Origin: a virus
Length of the DNA: 43,199 bases
Virus record (IMG/VR): IMGVR_UViG_3300028902_000016
Direction: 5' to 3' (one strand)
A model generated the notes under the pieces. That model ran no database searches. It was given only the letters and a program-made list of their open reading frames with translations, and was not told the DNA's origin. The position numbers and the translations under genes are program-made. Positions 33,618 through 41,446 of the stretch are shown piece by piece (position 1 is the first letter of the stretch; each line of letters begins with the position of its first letter).

Positions 33618-34067
33618 TCACGCCGCCCCCAGTACGAAGCGCCGACCGTATTCAGCGATTGCAAGCGCGTCGGCCATCCCGTCGTGTGGCTTTCGCCTTT
33701 CGACTCCAAGCCGCAAATCAACCTCGGCGAAATACTTCTGGCAGAACGATAGAACTTCGCCCTTCGTGGCCCCTTTGGGAAGTTTCCCGAGCATCTTCGA
33801 CTGCCACTTGTTTGGCGTGACGGTTTCGACCTTGCACATCATGCAAAGACAGCACCCGAGGATCATGCCGTAGCTGAACGGTGTCGAGAATCGCCCGGCT
33901 TGGTGCTCGATGACCACCAGATCCGGCTTGTGCTCAAGAAGGATCGACCTCAACTCGTGGATATCGACATCTTTGCCAAGCATCGGTAGCGGGATGGCGT
34001 TCGTAACCTCTTCGCTTACAAAGGCGATGCCTCCCTTTAGGCCGGGGTCTATGCCGATGACGGTCAC
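33618..34067 (-). CDS. RuvC-like Holliday junction resolvase (149 aa, GTG start)
   Basis: VIGIDPGLKGGIAFV (first catalytic Asp), VVIEHQ (Glu) and DGMADALAIAEYG (C-terminal Asp pair), in the RuvC order. Confidence 0.75.
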   Translation of the reverse strand: MTVIGIDPGLKGGIAFVSEEVTNAIPLPMLGKDVDIHELRSILLEHKPDLVVIEHQAGRFSTPFSYGMILGCCLCMMCKVETVTPNKWQSKMLGKLPKGATKGEVLSFCQKYFAEVDLRLGVERRKPHDGMADALAIAEYGRRFVLGAA

Positions 34068-34219
34068 TTCTCCCCCTCAAACAGCCCCTTCGTCTTGGGC
34101 TGCGCTTCGTTGAGCTTCTCCTGCCAGAACTTGCGTTGGGCTTCGCACTTGGATTCGTTCAGCTTGCGTTGGTAGAACGCGATGGCTTTGTCGCGGGACA
34201 GGCGTGGGTAGTCCTTCAA
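34064..34219 (-). CDS. Small basic helical protein (51 aa, TTG start, absent from the track)
   Basis: Hand translation: (M)KDYPRLSRDKAIAFYQRKLNESKCEAQRKFWQEKLNEAQPKTKGLFEGEK. TTGA overlap with the upstream stop and GTGA overlap with the RuvC start. It replaces the junk-like track ORF 34077..34277. Confidence 0.4.
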   Translation of the reverse strand: MKDYPRLSRDKAIAFYQRKLNESKCEAQRKFWQEKLNEAQPKTKGLFEGEK

Positions 34220-34452
34220 TTGGGCCTCTCGTTGTAAGCCCCACAGATTCTAGGAGCGCATGTAAGGTTCCGCTCATCTAATCTCCACTTATCAGGGAAC
34301 TCAGCAAGGGGAACATTGACCTTCTTGCGAGTCGATGGGTGGTAGAGCGTCACGCCCGGATTCTTCCAATCGCCGCATTGCTCCCAAACGAACATGCGAC
34401 GCTTTCCGTCCGTAACGTAATCGCCAGCGTTGAGGACAACTAACTCCGGCAT
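34216..34452 (-). CDS. Hypothetical protein (78 aa)
   Basis: ORF in operon order. Confidence 0.5.
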   Translation of the reverse strand: MPELVVLNAGDYVTDGKRRMFVWEQCGDWKNPGVTLYHPSTRKKVNVPLAEFPDKWRLDERNLTCAPRICGAYNERPN

Positions 34453-34667
34453 CGTAAGTCCCTCTCGGGTGGAATCCCGTTCGCAAATAGCCTTGCCGCA
34501 ACTTCGAGCCTTGAATTAACTCCGAAGATCGTCCGCAAGTTGGCGACGTGGAAGTGAACCGTGCGTTCAGACACGCTCAACTTCCGAGCGATCATCTTGT
34601 CCGAGAGTCCCTCCATGAGCAGGAGGGATATCTCTCGTTGGCGGGGTGTGAGGTAAATCTTCGACAC
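34440..34667 (-). CDS. LuxR/GerE-type HTH regulator, DNA-binding domain only (75 aa)
   Basis: LTPRQREISLLLMEGLSDKMIARKLSVSERTVHFHVANLRTIFGVNSRLEVA is a textbook GerE-type HTH. Confidence 0.8.
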   Translation of the reverse strand: MSKIYLTPRQREISLLLMEGLSDKMIARKLSVSERTVHFHVANLRTIFGVNSRLEVAARLFANGIPPERDLRCRS

Positions 34668-35281
34668 TACGACGCCTCTTCGATGTCTAGCTCAGCCTGG
34701 GCGATGTGCTTCTTGCCAACGACTGCAAGGTCTTTAAGTTTGTTGGTGTAGAAGCCCTGCCGGTGGATCACTTCGACCGCGGTCCTGATCTCAGGCTTTC
34801 GGATCGCAAGGGCGCCGGTTTCGCGCACGTGCAGCTGCCAGAGGGTTTCGTCGAGCAGTGCCTCTTTGTCGTTCATGCCCATCGTGAGCCAGTGGCTTTC
34901 CGAGACGAGAACGAGGAAGAAGGGATCGCCTGGTCCTTCGGTAAATTCCGATGCCCCGTCCCAAAGCTGAGCAAGCCATGCCTGCAGCCCTTGGATCTTC
35001 ATCGGCTTCATAATCACGGCTTGGCCTTCGGACTTCGAGGCTTCCGAAACGAAGACGTACAGAATCCTCTGGTGGCTCAGGGCAGGGTAGTTCTGCTTCA
35101 CTAAGAGCTTGCCGAGCGACTCCACGGAGTGCGCGTACTTGAACTCTTTCGGCGGCTTGGTTTCCTCTTTGGCTGGAAACTCTTCTTCGGTGGTTTCTTC
35201 GACTGCCGAGCCGTCGAGCATCGATTCGATATGCTCTTCGGTGGCATCTGCTAGGGCGAGATGGTTCTTCTTTGGTGACAT
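34667..35281 (-). CDS. Hypothetical early protein with acidic N-terminus (204 aa)
   Basis: Second gene of the early-left operon. No confident motif. Confidence 0.55.
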   Translation of the reverse strand: MSPKKNHLALADATEEHIESMLDGSAVEETTEEEFPAKEETKPPKEFKYAHSVESLGKLLVKQNYPALSHQRILYVFVSEASKSEGQAVIMKPMKIQGLQAWLAQLWDGASEFTEGPGDPFFLVLVSESHWLTMGMNDKEALLDETLWQLHVRETGALAIRKPEIRTAVEVIHRQGFYTNKLKDLAVVGKKHIAQAELDIEEAS

Positions 35282-35290
35282 GGTTGCCTC

Positions 35291-35572
35291 CTATTGGCCT
35301 TGGTCTTGCTGGGGTACGCTCTGTGAGGCACCCTGTGGTGTCGGCGAAGCAAGCCCCTGCGACTCGTGAGGTCCGGGGGCATTTTCTTTCAGGTAGCGAT
35401 TGATGGCTATCAAAGCGCCTTGCCGGGACATTCCGTAACGGCTCGCTAACTGGCTCCGATTTGTCGATCTGGGCCACTGCTCAGCAAGGGCCGCTATGTC
35501 ATCCGCGTCTAGCTTGCGTGGTCTCCCTGTTTGGTTTGTGGTCACACAGCAATCATAACAGATTTTTGTCAT
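35291..35572 (-). CDS. Cro-like early HTH protein (93 aa)
   Basis: First gene divergent from the repressor. GRPRKLDADDIAALAE...NRSQLASRYGMSRQGALIAINRYL resembles the HTH_7/resolvase-type helix-turn-helix. Confidence 0.6.
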   Translation of the reverse strand: MTKICYDCCVTTNQTGRPRKLDADDIAALAEQWPRSTNRSQLASRYGMSRQGALIAINRYLKENAPGPHESQGLASPTPQGASQSVPQQDQGQ

Positions 35573-35619
35573 TCGACAATAATCTGGCGCAAAATCTATT
35601 GTATATTTTTTGTCACGCT
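35573..35619. promoter_or_regulatory. Divergent switch region between the Cro-like gene and cI (operators/promoters)
   Basis: Only 47 nt. Contains TTTTTGTCA copies (35563-35571 and 35606-35616), the inverted repeat ACAATA/TATTGT (35576-81 / 35597-602), and overlapping -10-like hexamers: TATATT (plus, 35602-35607) and TACAAT (minus, 35598-35603). Confidence 0.6.
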
Positions 35620-36279
35620 ATGTTCGCAATGGCAGTCGATCCACGAGCAGAGGCGATAGATCAGTTGATGAAAGAGGCAAGCATTACCTTTCGGGAGCTT
35701 GCCGCAAAGTCAGGGATAGACAATTGGCAAAACATCAGAAATTGGATCAACGGAACTTCGCCCCGGAAAGAGTCTGAAATTCAGGCGGCGCTCAATGCCG
35801 CCCAAGAGATTGCGAAATCGCGACCTAAGAGGCTCGGTCCTATGCCAATGGGACCAATCAGAATCGTCGGCAACGTGGCCGCCGGGGACGGTACCTATAA
35901 CGTGGATTCAGAACATGAGATTTTGTTGGTTCCTCTGTCGCTCACAGGGGAAGATCGGCTTGGATGGATGGTCGAGGGTGACTCCATGATGCCAAGCCTT
36001 GAACCTGGTGATGTGGTGGTCTTCAAGGAATATCGTCAGCCCAGGGGCAAACTTGCCTACCTCGCCAAGATGCCCAATGGTTCCCTTGTCTGCAAGCAGA
36101 TCAAATGGAACAACTCAACGAGCCAATGGGAACTTCACTCGATTAACCCACGATACGATCCGATCCCGATGGATGGCATTGAGTTGCTTGGCTACATGGT
36201 CGGTTACTACCGTGTTCGAGGACTTCATGAGAAGTTCGAAAGCGACCCGGATGGACTCCAGCTAGAAATATTTTCATAA
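35620..36279 (+). CDS. CI-type repressor (HTH + S24/LexA-like autopeptidase, 219 aa)
   Basis: N-terminal HTH (ITFRELAAKSGIDNWQNIRNWINGTS). C-terminal VEGDSMMPSLEPGDVVVF...LVCKQIKW (Ser/Lys dyad). The start is set at ATG 35620, because the track extension to 35461 overlaps the divergent gene. Confidence 0.85.
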   Translation: MFAMAVDPRAEAIDQLMKEASITFRELAAKSGIDNWQNIRNWINGTSPRKESEIQAALNAAQEIAKSRPKRLGPMPMGPIRIVGNVAAGDGTYNVDSEHEILLVPLSLTGEDRLGWMVEGDSMMPSLEPGDVVVFKEYRQPRGKLAYLAKMPNGSLVCKQIKWNNSTSQWELHSINPRYDPIPMDGIELLGYMVGYYRVRGLHEKFESDPDGLQLEIFS

Positions 36280-36358
36280 TTTTTTGTCAGCCTATTGTGT
36301 CCTGACAAAAAAGGTGTAATAATCTCCTATAGCCGCTCACGACGGCTAGGAGATTAAA
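36280..36358 (+). promoter_or_regulatory. Right-hand operator/promoter region with an inverted repeat and an RBS-covering hairpin
   Basis: TTTTTTGTCAG (36280-90) and CTGACAAAAAA (36302-12) form an 11-bp perfect inverted repeat. TGT-AATAAT is an extended -10-like element (36315-36323). AATCTCCTA..GCCG / CGGC-TAGGAGATT (36321-35 / 36343-55) pairs across the AGGAG of the gene at 36359. Confidence 0.55.
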
Positions 36359-36565
36359 ATGCAAACTTTCGAAACCGCTTCGTCCCTTGAGGTCCATCCT
36401 CCACACCACACGAAGAAATTCCGTGAGAAGCGACTGATCGAGTCGATCACGGTGGACGAGATCCAAGACGCCATTGATCGCGAGATCGAAGAGTACGAGC
36501 TTCGACAGGAGTTCGCCTTCGGCATCGGACTCACCAGGTCCTGCGACGTGAGGTGGGCGGCGTAA
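36359..36565 (+). CDS. Hypothetical early protein (68 aa)
   Basis: First ORF of the rightward operon, with AGGAG 7 nt upstream. Confidence 0.55.
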   Translation: MQTFETASSLEVHPPHHTKKFREKRLIESITVDEIQDAIDREIEEYELRQEFAFGIGLTRSCDVRWAA

Positions 36566-36966
36566 TGGGAGTCCGCATCTTGACCGACGGTGATAACGCC
36601 GTCCTTTATTGCTCGACATCCGATTGGGCTTTTGGTCCTGTGTTCTCGGCAGACACCCACGGACGCGACGCCGCTTACATGGCTCAGCGGTTCCTTGATT
36701 GGTTGGCTCCAGACCCGCGGGAGATCGGCGACGAACTGCTTGCCAACAAGTACGTCCAGTTCCTCGACTGGTCTGAGAACCACTTCACCAAGAAGGACTA
36801 CGACGAGGGCTTGGAAACTCCCCTTTGCCTCAAGTCCAGAGCCTATGACCTTATGGCGGAAGAACCCATCGACACGGACGACTACCGCGACCGGGAATGG
36901 GAGTACATCGAGTCGATTCTCGAAGATGAACCCTGGGAGATCAAACAGAAGGAGGTGGCGGCATGA
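36565..36966 (+). CDS. Hypothetical protein (133 aa)
   Basis: Start at ATG 36565, with a TAATG overlap with the upstream stop. Confidence 0.55.
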   Translation: MGVRILTDGDNAVLYCSTSDWAFGPVFSADTHGRDAAYMAQRFLDWLAPDPREIGDELLANKYVQFLDWSENHFTKKDYDEGLETPLCLKSRAYDLMAEEPIDTDDYRDREWEYIESILEDEPWEIKQKEVAA

Positions 36967-37208
36967 AGCTCTCCCGCGCCCTCTTCGACAGACCCAATTC
37001 CGACAAGGACCCGCTCGGCTATGGGCACAACGAACACTGGACCGAGGCGACACGCTACGGCATGGCTCCGACCATGGCAGAGCGACGCCGCAAGATCAAG
37101 ACAGAGGTCTGGGTAGTCGTCTTTGTCCTTCTATTCACCATCGGATTCGCCCTCGTGCTCGAACAGGCAAGGGCAGAGGCAAAGTTTCAAAAGGAGATCA
37201 CGCGATGA
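36963..37208 (+). CDS. Small membrane protein (81 aa)
   Basis: ATGA overlap. TM helix VWVVVFVLLFTIGFALVL. Confidence 0.55.
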   Translation: MKLSRALFDRPNSDKDPLGYGHNEHWTEATRYGMAPTMAERRRKIKTEVWVVVFVLLFTIGFALVLEQARAEAKFQKEITR

Positions 37209-38176
37209 GCGCCGCCCCATTGATCGACGATAGGCAGGCTTGGCTTGAAGCCAGACGAAATTGCATCACAGCGACCGATGTCGCAGCGATCGCCGGCCTT
37301 CACCCATACAAGACGCCACACGACGTTTATCTGGAGAAGACAGGCCAGAAGGGAGAGATTGAGCCGAATGCAGCGATGCAGACGGGTACCGATCTTGAGC
37401 CGTTCATTGCCGCGGTCTACCGACAACGGTTTAACGTCGAAACTGTCCGGGCTGACTTTGTGACTCACCCGAGCCATCCCCAGTTAGGATGCACTCCCGA
37501 CTTCTACATCGGCAGCGACACCGTTCTCGAGATCAAGTGGTGCGGGATCCATGCCGCTCAGAACTTCGGCGACGAAGGGACCGACGATATTCCCGCTCAC
37601 TACCTTTGCCAAGTGAACTGGCAGTGCTTTGTGACGGGCCGATCGAAGTGGGTTCTCTACGTCCTTGGCCCGTGGGGGTTCCGAGAGTACAAGGGCAAGC
37701 ACAACGAGGAGTTCACCCGAAGGCTTTCATTCCAGGCTTTGAAGTTCTGGGGAGAGTACATCGAGAGCGAGAACCCGCCGCCGCTGTCTGGCCATGCGCC
37801 CGATTCCGCATGGGTCAATCAGAAGAATCCGCTCGACGACGGTTCGATCATCCAAGCAACAGACCTGATCGAAGACGAAGTAGCAGAACTCGGCAACGAG
37901 CTGCAATCGCTCGACGAACTGGCCCAAGTCATCGAGGGTCGGAAGAACCGCATCAAGGACTTCATGGGCGAGGCATCGATCCTCAAGACGGCAAGCGGCA
38001 ACTTTACTTGGAAGAAGCCGAAGGACCGCGAGACGACTGATTGGAAAGCGGTCGCGATGGAACTTGCCTCTTTGATCAACGAGCCGAAGTATCTCGACTC
38101 AGCGATCGCTGACCACACCACGACCAAAGAAGGGACGCGAGTATTCAGAACGCCCTTCACTTCAAGCAAAGCATAA
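37205..38176 (+). CDS. YqaJ-like recombination exonuclease (PD-(D/E)XK, 323 aa)
   Basis: The internal ATG at 37205 (ATGA overlap) gives MSAAPLIDDRQAWLEARRNCITATDVAAIAGLHPYKTPHDVYLEKTG, the YqaJ N-terminal signature. It is paired with RecT downstream. The 205-aa N-terminal extension in the track ORF is spurious. Confidence 0.8.
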   Translation: MSAAPLIDDRQAWLEARRNCITATDVAAIAGLHPYKTPHDVYLEKTGQKGEIEPNAAMQTGTDLEPFIAAVYRQRFNVETVRADFVTHPSHPQLGCTPDFYIGSDTVLEIKWCGIHAAQNFGDEGTDDIPAHYLCQVNWQCFVTGRSKWVLYVLGPWGFREYKGKHNEEFTRRLSFQALKFWGEYIESENPPPLSGHAPDSAWVNQKNPLDDGSIIQATDLIEDEVAELGNELQSLDELAQVIEGRKNRIKDFMGEASILKTASGNFTWKKPKDRETTDWKAVAMELASLINEPKYLDSAIADHTTTKEGTRVFRTPFTSSKA

Positions 38177-38187
38177 GGAGTTTATTC

Positions 38188-39018
38188 ATGTCAGAAACCA
38201 CACCCGCAAAGATCAACGGCAGTCTGCCAGCATCCAACATCAAAGACTTCGGCGCCTTCCTCAAATCGAGGATGCCGAGTATCAAGAGCGTTGCCGCTTC
38301 CCACATGCGACCGGATCGCGTGTACCGACTCTTGGTGGCATCGGTCAGCAAAACGCCTGCGCTCCAGAAGTGCACGATGGAGAGCATTTTCCGATCGGGA
38401 CTCCAGGCGGTTGAGCTTGGACTCGAACCAGGATCGGCAGTCGGTGAGGGCTACCTTGTCCCCTACGGCAACCAATGCACCTTTATCCCTGGCTACCGTG
38501 GGTTGATTTCGCTCGCCTTTCGATCGGGCCACGTCCTGAGCGTCAAGGCGCAAGTCGTCTTTCAGGGAGACAAGTTCGAGTATGAGGAAGGGCTAGAGCC
38601 TAAACTCAAGCACGTTCCGAACTTCGAGGGAACCAGAGACGTAGCCCAAATCACCTATGCCTACTGCATCGTGAAGCTTGAGGGCGGCGGCGTCATTTAC
38701 GACGTGATGACCAGGACCGAGATCGACAATATCCGCAAGCGATCGAAGGCAAGCGGATCGGGTCCATGGGTGACGGACTTCGCAGAGATGGCAAAGAAGA
38801 CGGTCACTCGTCGCTGCCTCAAATACGCTCCGATGTCGGTTGAGATGTCGAAGGCGCTTGCGCTCGACAACGCACTTGAGGACAGCCCCAACAACGTGAT
38901 CGAAGCCGAGTTCGAATCGCTTGAGATGGACGAGTCAGAGCCAGAGACGGTATCCAAGTCGGACAAGCTGACGGAACGGATCGGCAAGGCGCCCGAGACT
39001 CAGGAAACACTTGTATGA
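38188..39018 (+). CDS. recT: RecT-family single-strand annealing protein (276 aa)
   Basis: GYLVPYGNQCTFIPGYRGLISLAFRSGHV and the acidic C-terminus are typical of RecT. Adjacent to the exonuclease gene. Confidence 0.8.
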   Translation: MSETTPAKINGSLPASNIKDFGAFLKSRMPSIKSVAASHMRPDRVYRLLVASVSKTPALQKCTMESIFRSGLQAVELGLEPGSAVGEGYLVPYGNQCTFIPGYRGLISLAFRSGHVLSVKAQVVFQGDKFEYEEGLEPKLKHVPNFEGTRDVAQITYAYCIVKLEGGGVIYDVMTRTEIDNIRKRSKASGSGPWVTDFAEMAKKTVTRRCLKYAPMSVEMSKALALDNALEDSPNNVIEAEFESLEMDESEPETVSKSDKLTERIGKAPETQETLV

Positions 39019-39611
39019 GGTTCCTCGCGCTCGACTTCGAAACATCAGGTACAGACGCCAACATTCATGCCCCGGTTTCGCTCGGGGCAGCGTTCATGGA
39101 GGACATGACGGTACTCGACTCGCAGGAATGGCTGATTGCGCCGCCGACCCATTACAAGGACAAGTCGAAGATCCAACGATGCTACGACGAACGGGCGAGG
39201 CTCATTCACGGCTACACGCTGGAATATCTGATCGAGCACGGAACGCCTGCCGACAGAGTGTGCGATGGGTTTGCCGAGTTTGTGAAGCGACATAACGCCG
39301 GGAATAACCCAGTGGTGGCATTCAACGCGAACTTCGATTGGAGCTTCTATAACACGCTCCTATTCCTTGCTGGTTCCTATGACCGCAATACCCAGTCGTT
39401 CCAGTCCTACCTATCGCCGATCAGCGGCCCATGGCAATGCGCGATGCAGCTCGCGCAACGCCGACTGCCACGATTGGAGAACTACAAGCTGGCCACGGTC
39501 GCTCCGTTCCTCAAAGTGGGCGAGCAGGGAGACGTTCACGGGGCAAGGTTAGACGCCATCCTCGCGGGCCTTGTCTTCGCCAAGTTGCGGCAGGTTGAGG
39601 TGGCGGCATGA
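39015..39611 (+). CDS. DEDD 3'-5' exonuclease (DnaQ-like, 198 aa)
   Basis: The ExoI motif FLALDFETSG is at the N-terminus, followed by FNANFDWSF and then HGARLDA (ExoIII-like). Confidence 0.75.
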   Translation: MRFLALDFETSGTDANIHAPVSLGAAFMEDMTVLDSQEWLIAPPTHYKDKSKIQRCYDERARLIHGYTLEYLIEHGTPADRVCDGFAEFVKRHNAGNNPVVAFNANFDWSFYNTLLFLAGSYDRNTQSFQSYLSPISGPWQCAMQLAQRRLPRLENYKLATVAPFLKVGEQGDVHGARLDAILAGLVFAKLRQVEVAA

Positions 39612-39826
39612 GCCTCGAACTCTTTGAATCCGCGATGGACGATTACGAACGGGCGATCGCAGTCAAGGAATGGCGACGTGCTATTCAGGCGCTGAACCGT
39701 GCCATCGAAGAGTGTCCGGTGAAGCTCGCACTGCCGGTGCTATCGTCGCTACTCGACAACGCTATCGCACAAGCAAAAGAACCCGCCTGGTGGCAAAGGC
39801 TGCTGGGATTGGCGAGGGCGGCATGA
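39608..39826 (+). CDS. Hypothetical protein (72 aa)
   Basis: ATGA overlap with the upstream gene. Confidence 0.5.
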   Translation: MSLELFESAMDDYERAIAVKEWRRAIQALNRAIEECPVKLALPVLSSLLDNAIAQAKEPAWWQRLLGLARAA

Positions 39827-39867
39827 TGTCCTACACGGAGCGTTTAGATATCAAGGAGGCAAAGTAG

Positions 39868-40182
39868 ATGGATTTGATCGACACTATCGAGGGACCGTTA
39901 GCCATTAAACGCGGACTGTCAGCCTTGGCTAATATCACATTAACGATTCAGAGTGAATCGCCCGAATCGCTTCTTGATGTCTTCGATCAAGACGATCTAG
40001 TGAACGCAACACTGATTCTCAATTCGGTGATGTTTCCTTTAGCGTTTCGTCATCATCAGCAATCACTCCGACCTGGTGGACTAGAGGGATTAGCAGCCGA
40101 GATCGGGACAAATTTGCGCCAATTACTGACGCTTGCTACGGGAATTGATGTTGCTGAAGCAGTGGCACAGGAGGCCAAATGA
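39868..40182 (+). CDS. Hypothetical protein (104 aa)
   Basis: AAGGAGG 8 nt upstream of the ATG. Confidence 0.55.
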   Translation: MDLIDTIEGPLAIKRGLSALANITLTIQSESPESLLDVFDQDDLVNATLILNSVMFPLAFRHHQQSLRPGGLEGLAAEIGTNLRQLLTLATGIDVAEAVAQEAK

Positions 40183-40397
40183 CCATCACATTCGAGGCCC
40201 ACCCAATCGGGACCGCGCCGAAGGACCGGGATTACTACGCATTGAGTAGGTTTGGTGATTGGCATAGGGTGAGACTGTATGGCAGGACGCAATTCTATTA
40301 TGGGTGCGATGGGCTGAAATACAGCTACGAACAGATTATCAGAATGTTCACGCACTGGTGCGAGATCGAGGCGATGAGGCCGGGAGGGGGAGAGTAG
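40179..40397 (+). CDS. Hypothetical protein (72 aa)
   Basis: ATGA overlap with the upstream gene. Confidence 0.5.
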   Translation: MTITFEAHPIGTAPKDRDYYALSRFGDWHRVRLYGRTQFYYGCDGLKYSYEQIIRMFTHWCEIEAMRPGGGE

Positions 40398-40895
40398 ATG
40401 GACGCAAAACAGATAACAACTACTCTTTTGAGTCGCTGGATTGGAGACCGCGCTGCTATCCCCAATTACAAGGGGAATGGATCGGGCGGCGAATCAGACC
40501 TGTTTTTAGTAACTCGCTCGCATTACTGCGAAGAAGTAGAAATAAAGGTTAGCATTTGGGATTTCCGTCGGGATTTCAAGAAAGCATTCAAGCACGGATG
40601 TCTTAACAATGATCCGCAATACGATTTCACTCGCACGAATCGCTTGTATTTATTCCCGCGGCGTTTCTGGTTTGCTGTTCCAGGGCATCTAGAGTTAGCC
40701 GTCAATGCAGAGCTTCGTAGACCATACGGGCTCCTGGTTGTGTCGGAAGGGAAAGTCCGAGAAGTACGCAAGGCGTCGCCAATTGCTGGTGCGAGAAAGT
40801 TAACTTCTGAGGAGTTGTTTGCAATCGCAAAGTGCATGACGTTTAGAGTTGCGCGAGCATATAAGGCCCCCGACGCTGACCGAGGAGGAGAGTAG
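40398..40895 (+). CDS. PD-(D/E)XK nuclease-like protein (MmcB-like, 165 aa)
   Basis: GESDLFLV ... EEVEIKVS arrangement (D...E-x-K). Family resemblance is from memory only. Confidence 0.45.
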   Translation: MDAKQITTTLLSRWIGDRAAIPNYKGNGSGGESDLFLVTRSHYCEEVEIKVSIWDFRRDFKKAFKHGCLNNDPQYDFTRTNRLYLFPRRFWFAVPGHLELAVNAELRRPYGLLVVSEGKVREVRKASPIAGARKLTSEELFAIAKCMTFRVARAYKAPDADRGGE

Positions 40896-41186
40896 ATGAC
40901 CTATTGGCACGCATGGGATTTGATGGCTATCGCGAGGTCAGGAGAATACTACTTTAACGGGAAGATGTGGGTTACTGTGTTTGGACATCCAGACCGATAC
41001 GAGCCCATATCATCTCGGTTAATGCAGTCCTTCCACCGAAGAGGGTTTATCTTAGACGGGCACCTTCCGACCACTGGAGAGCCGATTGTGAAGTTATCTC
41101 GAAAGGGTCACGAGGCATACCATAAGTATTTCGCTCGGTACCACAAGGATGCGCTGAAGAGGTACGCAACCCCCGACGCTGACTAG
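40896..41186 (+). CDS. Hypothetical protein (96 aa)
   Basis: The ORF abuts the upstream stop. Confidence 0.5.
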   Translation: MTYWHAWDLMAIARSGEYYFNGKMWVTVFGHPDRYEPISSRLMQSFHRRGFILDGHLPTTGEPIVKLSRKGHEAYHKYFARYHKDALKRYATPDAD

Positions 41187-41188
41187 CC

Positions 41189-41446
41189 ATGAATGAATCT
41201 TCGCTTGTCTCGCAGGATTGGGTTGAAGAATTCCTTGGCACCGACAGGAAAGGCGTCATGGCCCTGATTCGGCGCGGCAAGCTGCATCGTCACCCATTGA
41301 CGGGGGCATTCCTGAGAGACGAGGTTCTAGCCGTCCACAACGAAATTCAAACGGAGTTAAGATATGTTCGTGAAACCACGGTGGGACGACAAGAACAAGA
41401 GATGGGAATGCAGCACGGGTTCAGGACAAAGCCGACGCTGGTTTAG
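41189..41446 (+). CDS. xis: Excisionase-like HTH protein (85 aa)
   Basis: Lies immediately upstream of and overlapping the integrase gene. EFLGTDRKGVMALIRRGKLHRHPLTGAFLRDEV fits the HTH_17/Xis pattern. Confidence 0.55.
   Translation: MNESSLVSQDWVEEFLGTDRKGVMALIRRGKLHRHPLTGAFLRDEVLAVHNEIQTELRYVRETTVGRQEQEMGMQHGFRTKPTLV

Noticed and set aside
34667-35281. The 204-aa early protein as a phage metallopeptidase-like protein
   Set aside because: The overall pattern loosely recalls that family, but there is no HExxH or other metal-binding motif. It is left as hypothetical.
36590-37204. N-terminal 205 aa of the 528-aa ORF 36590..38176, and the N-terminal extensions of 35461..36279 and 27443..27940
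   Set aside because: The extensions overlap better-supported genes in other frames and are Arg/Pro/Ser-rich. Internal starts have RBSs or stop-start coupling and give recognisable N-termini (YqaJ signature, CI HTH, signal peptide).
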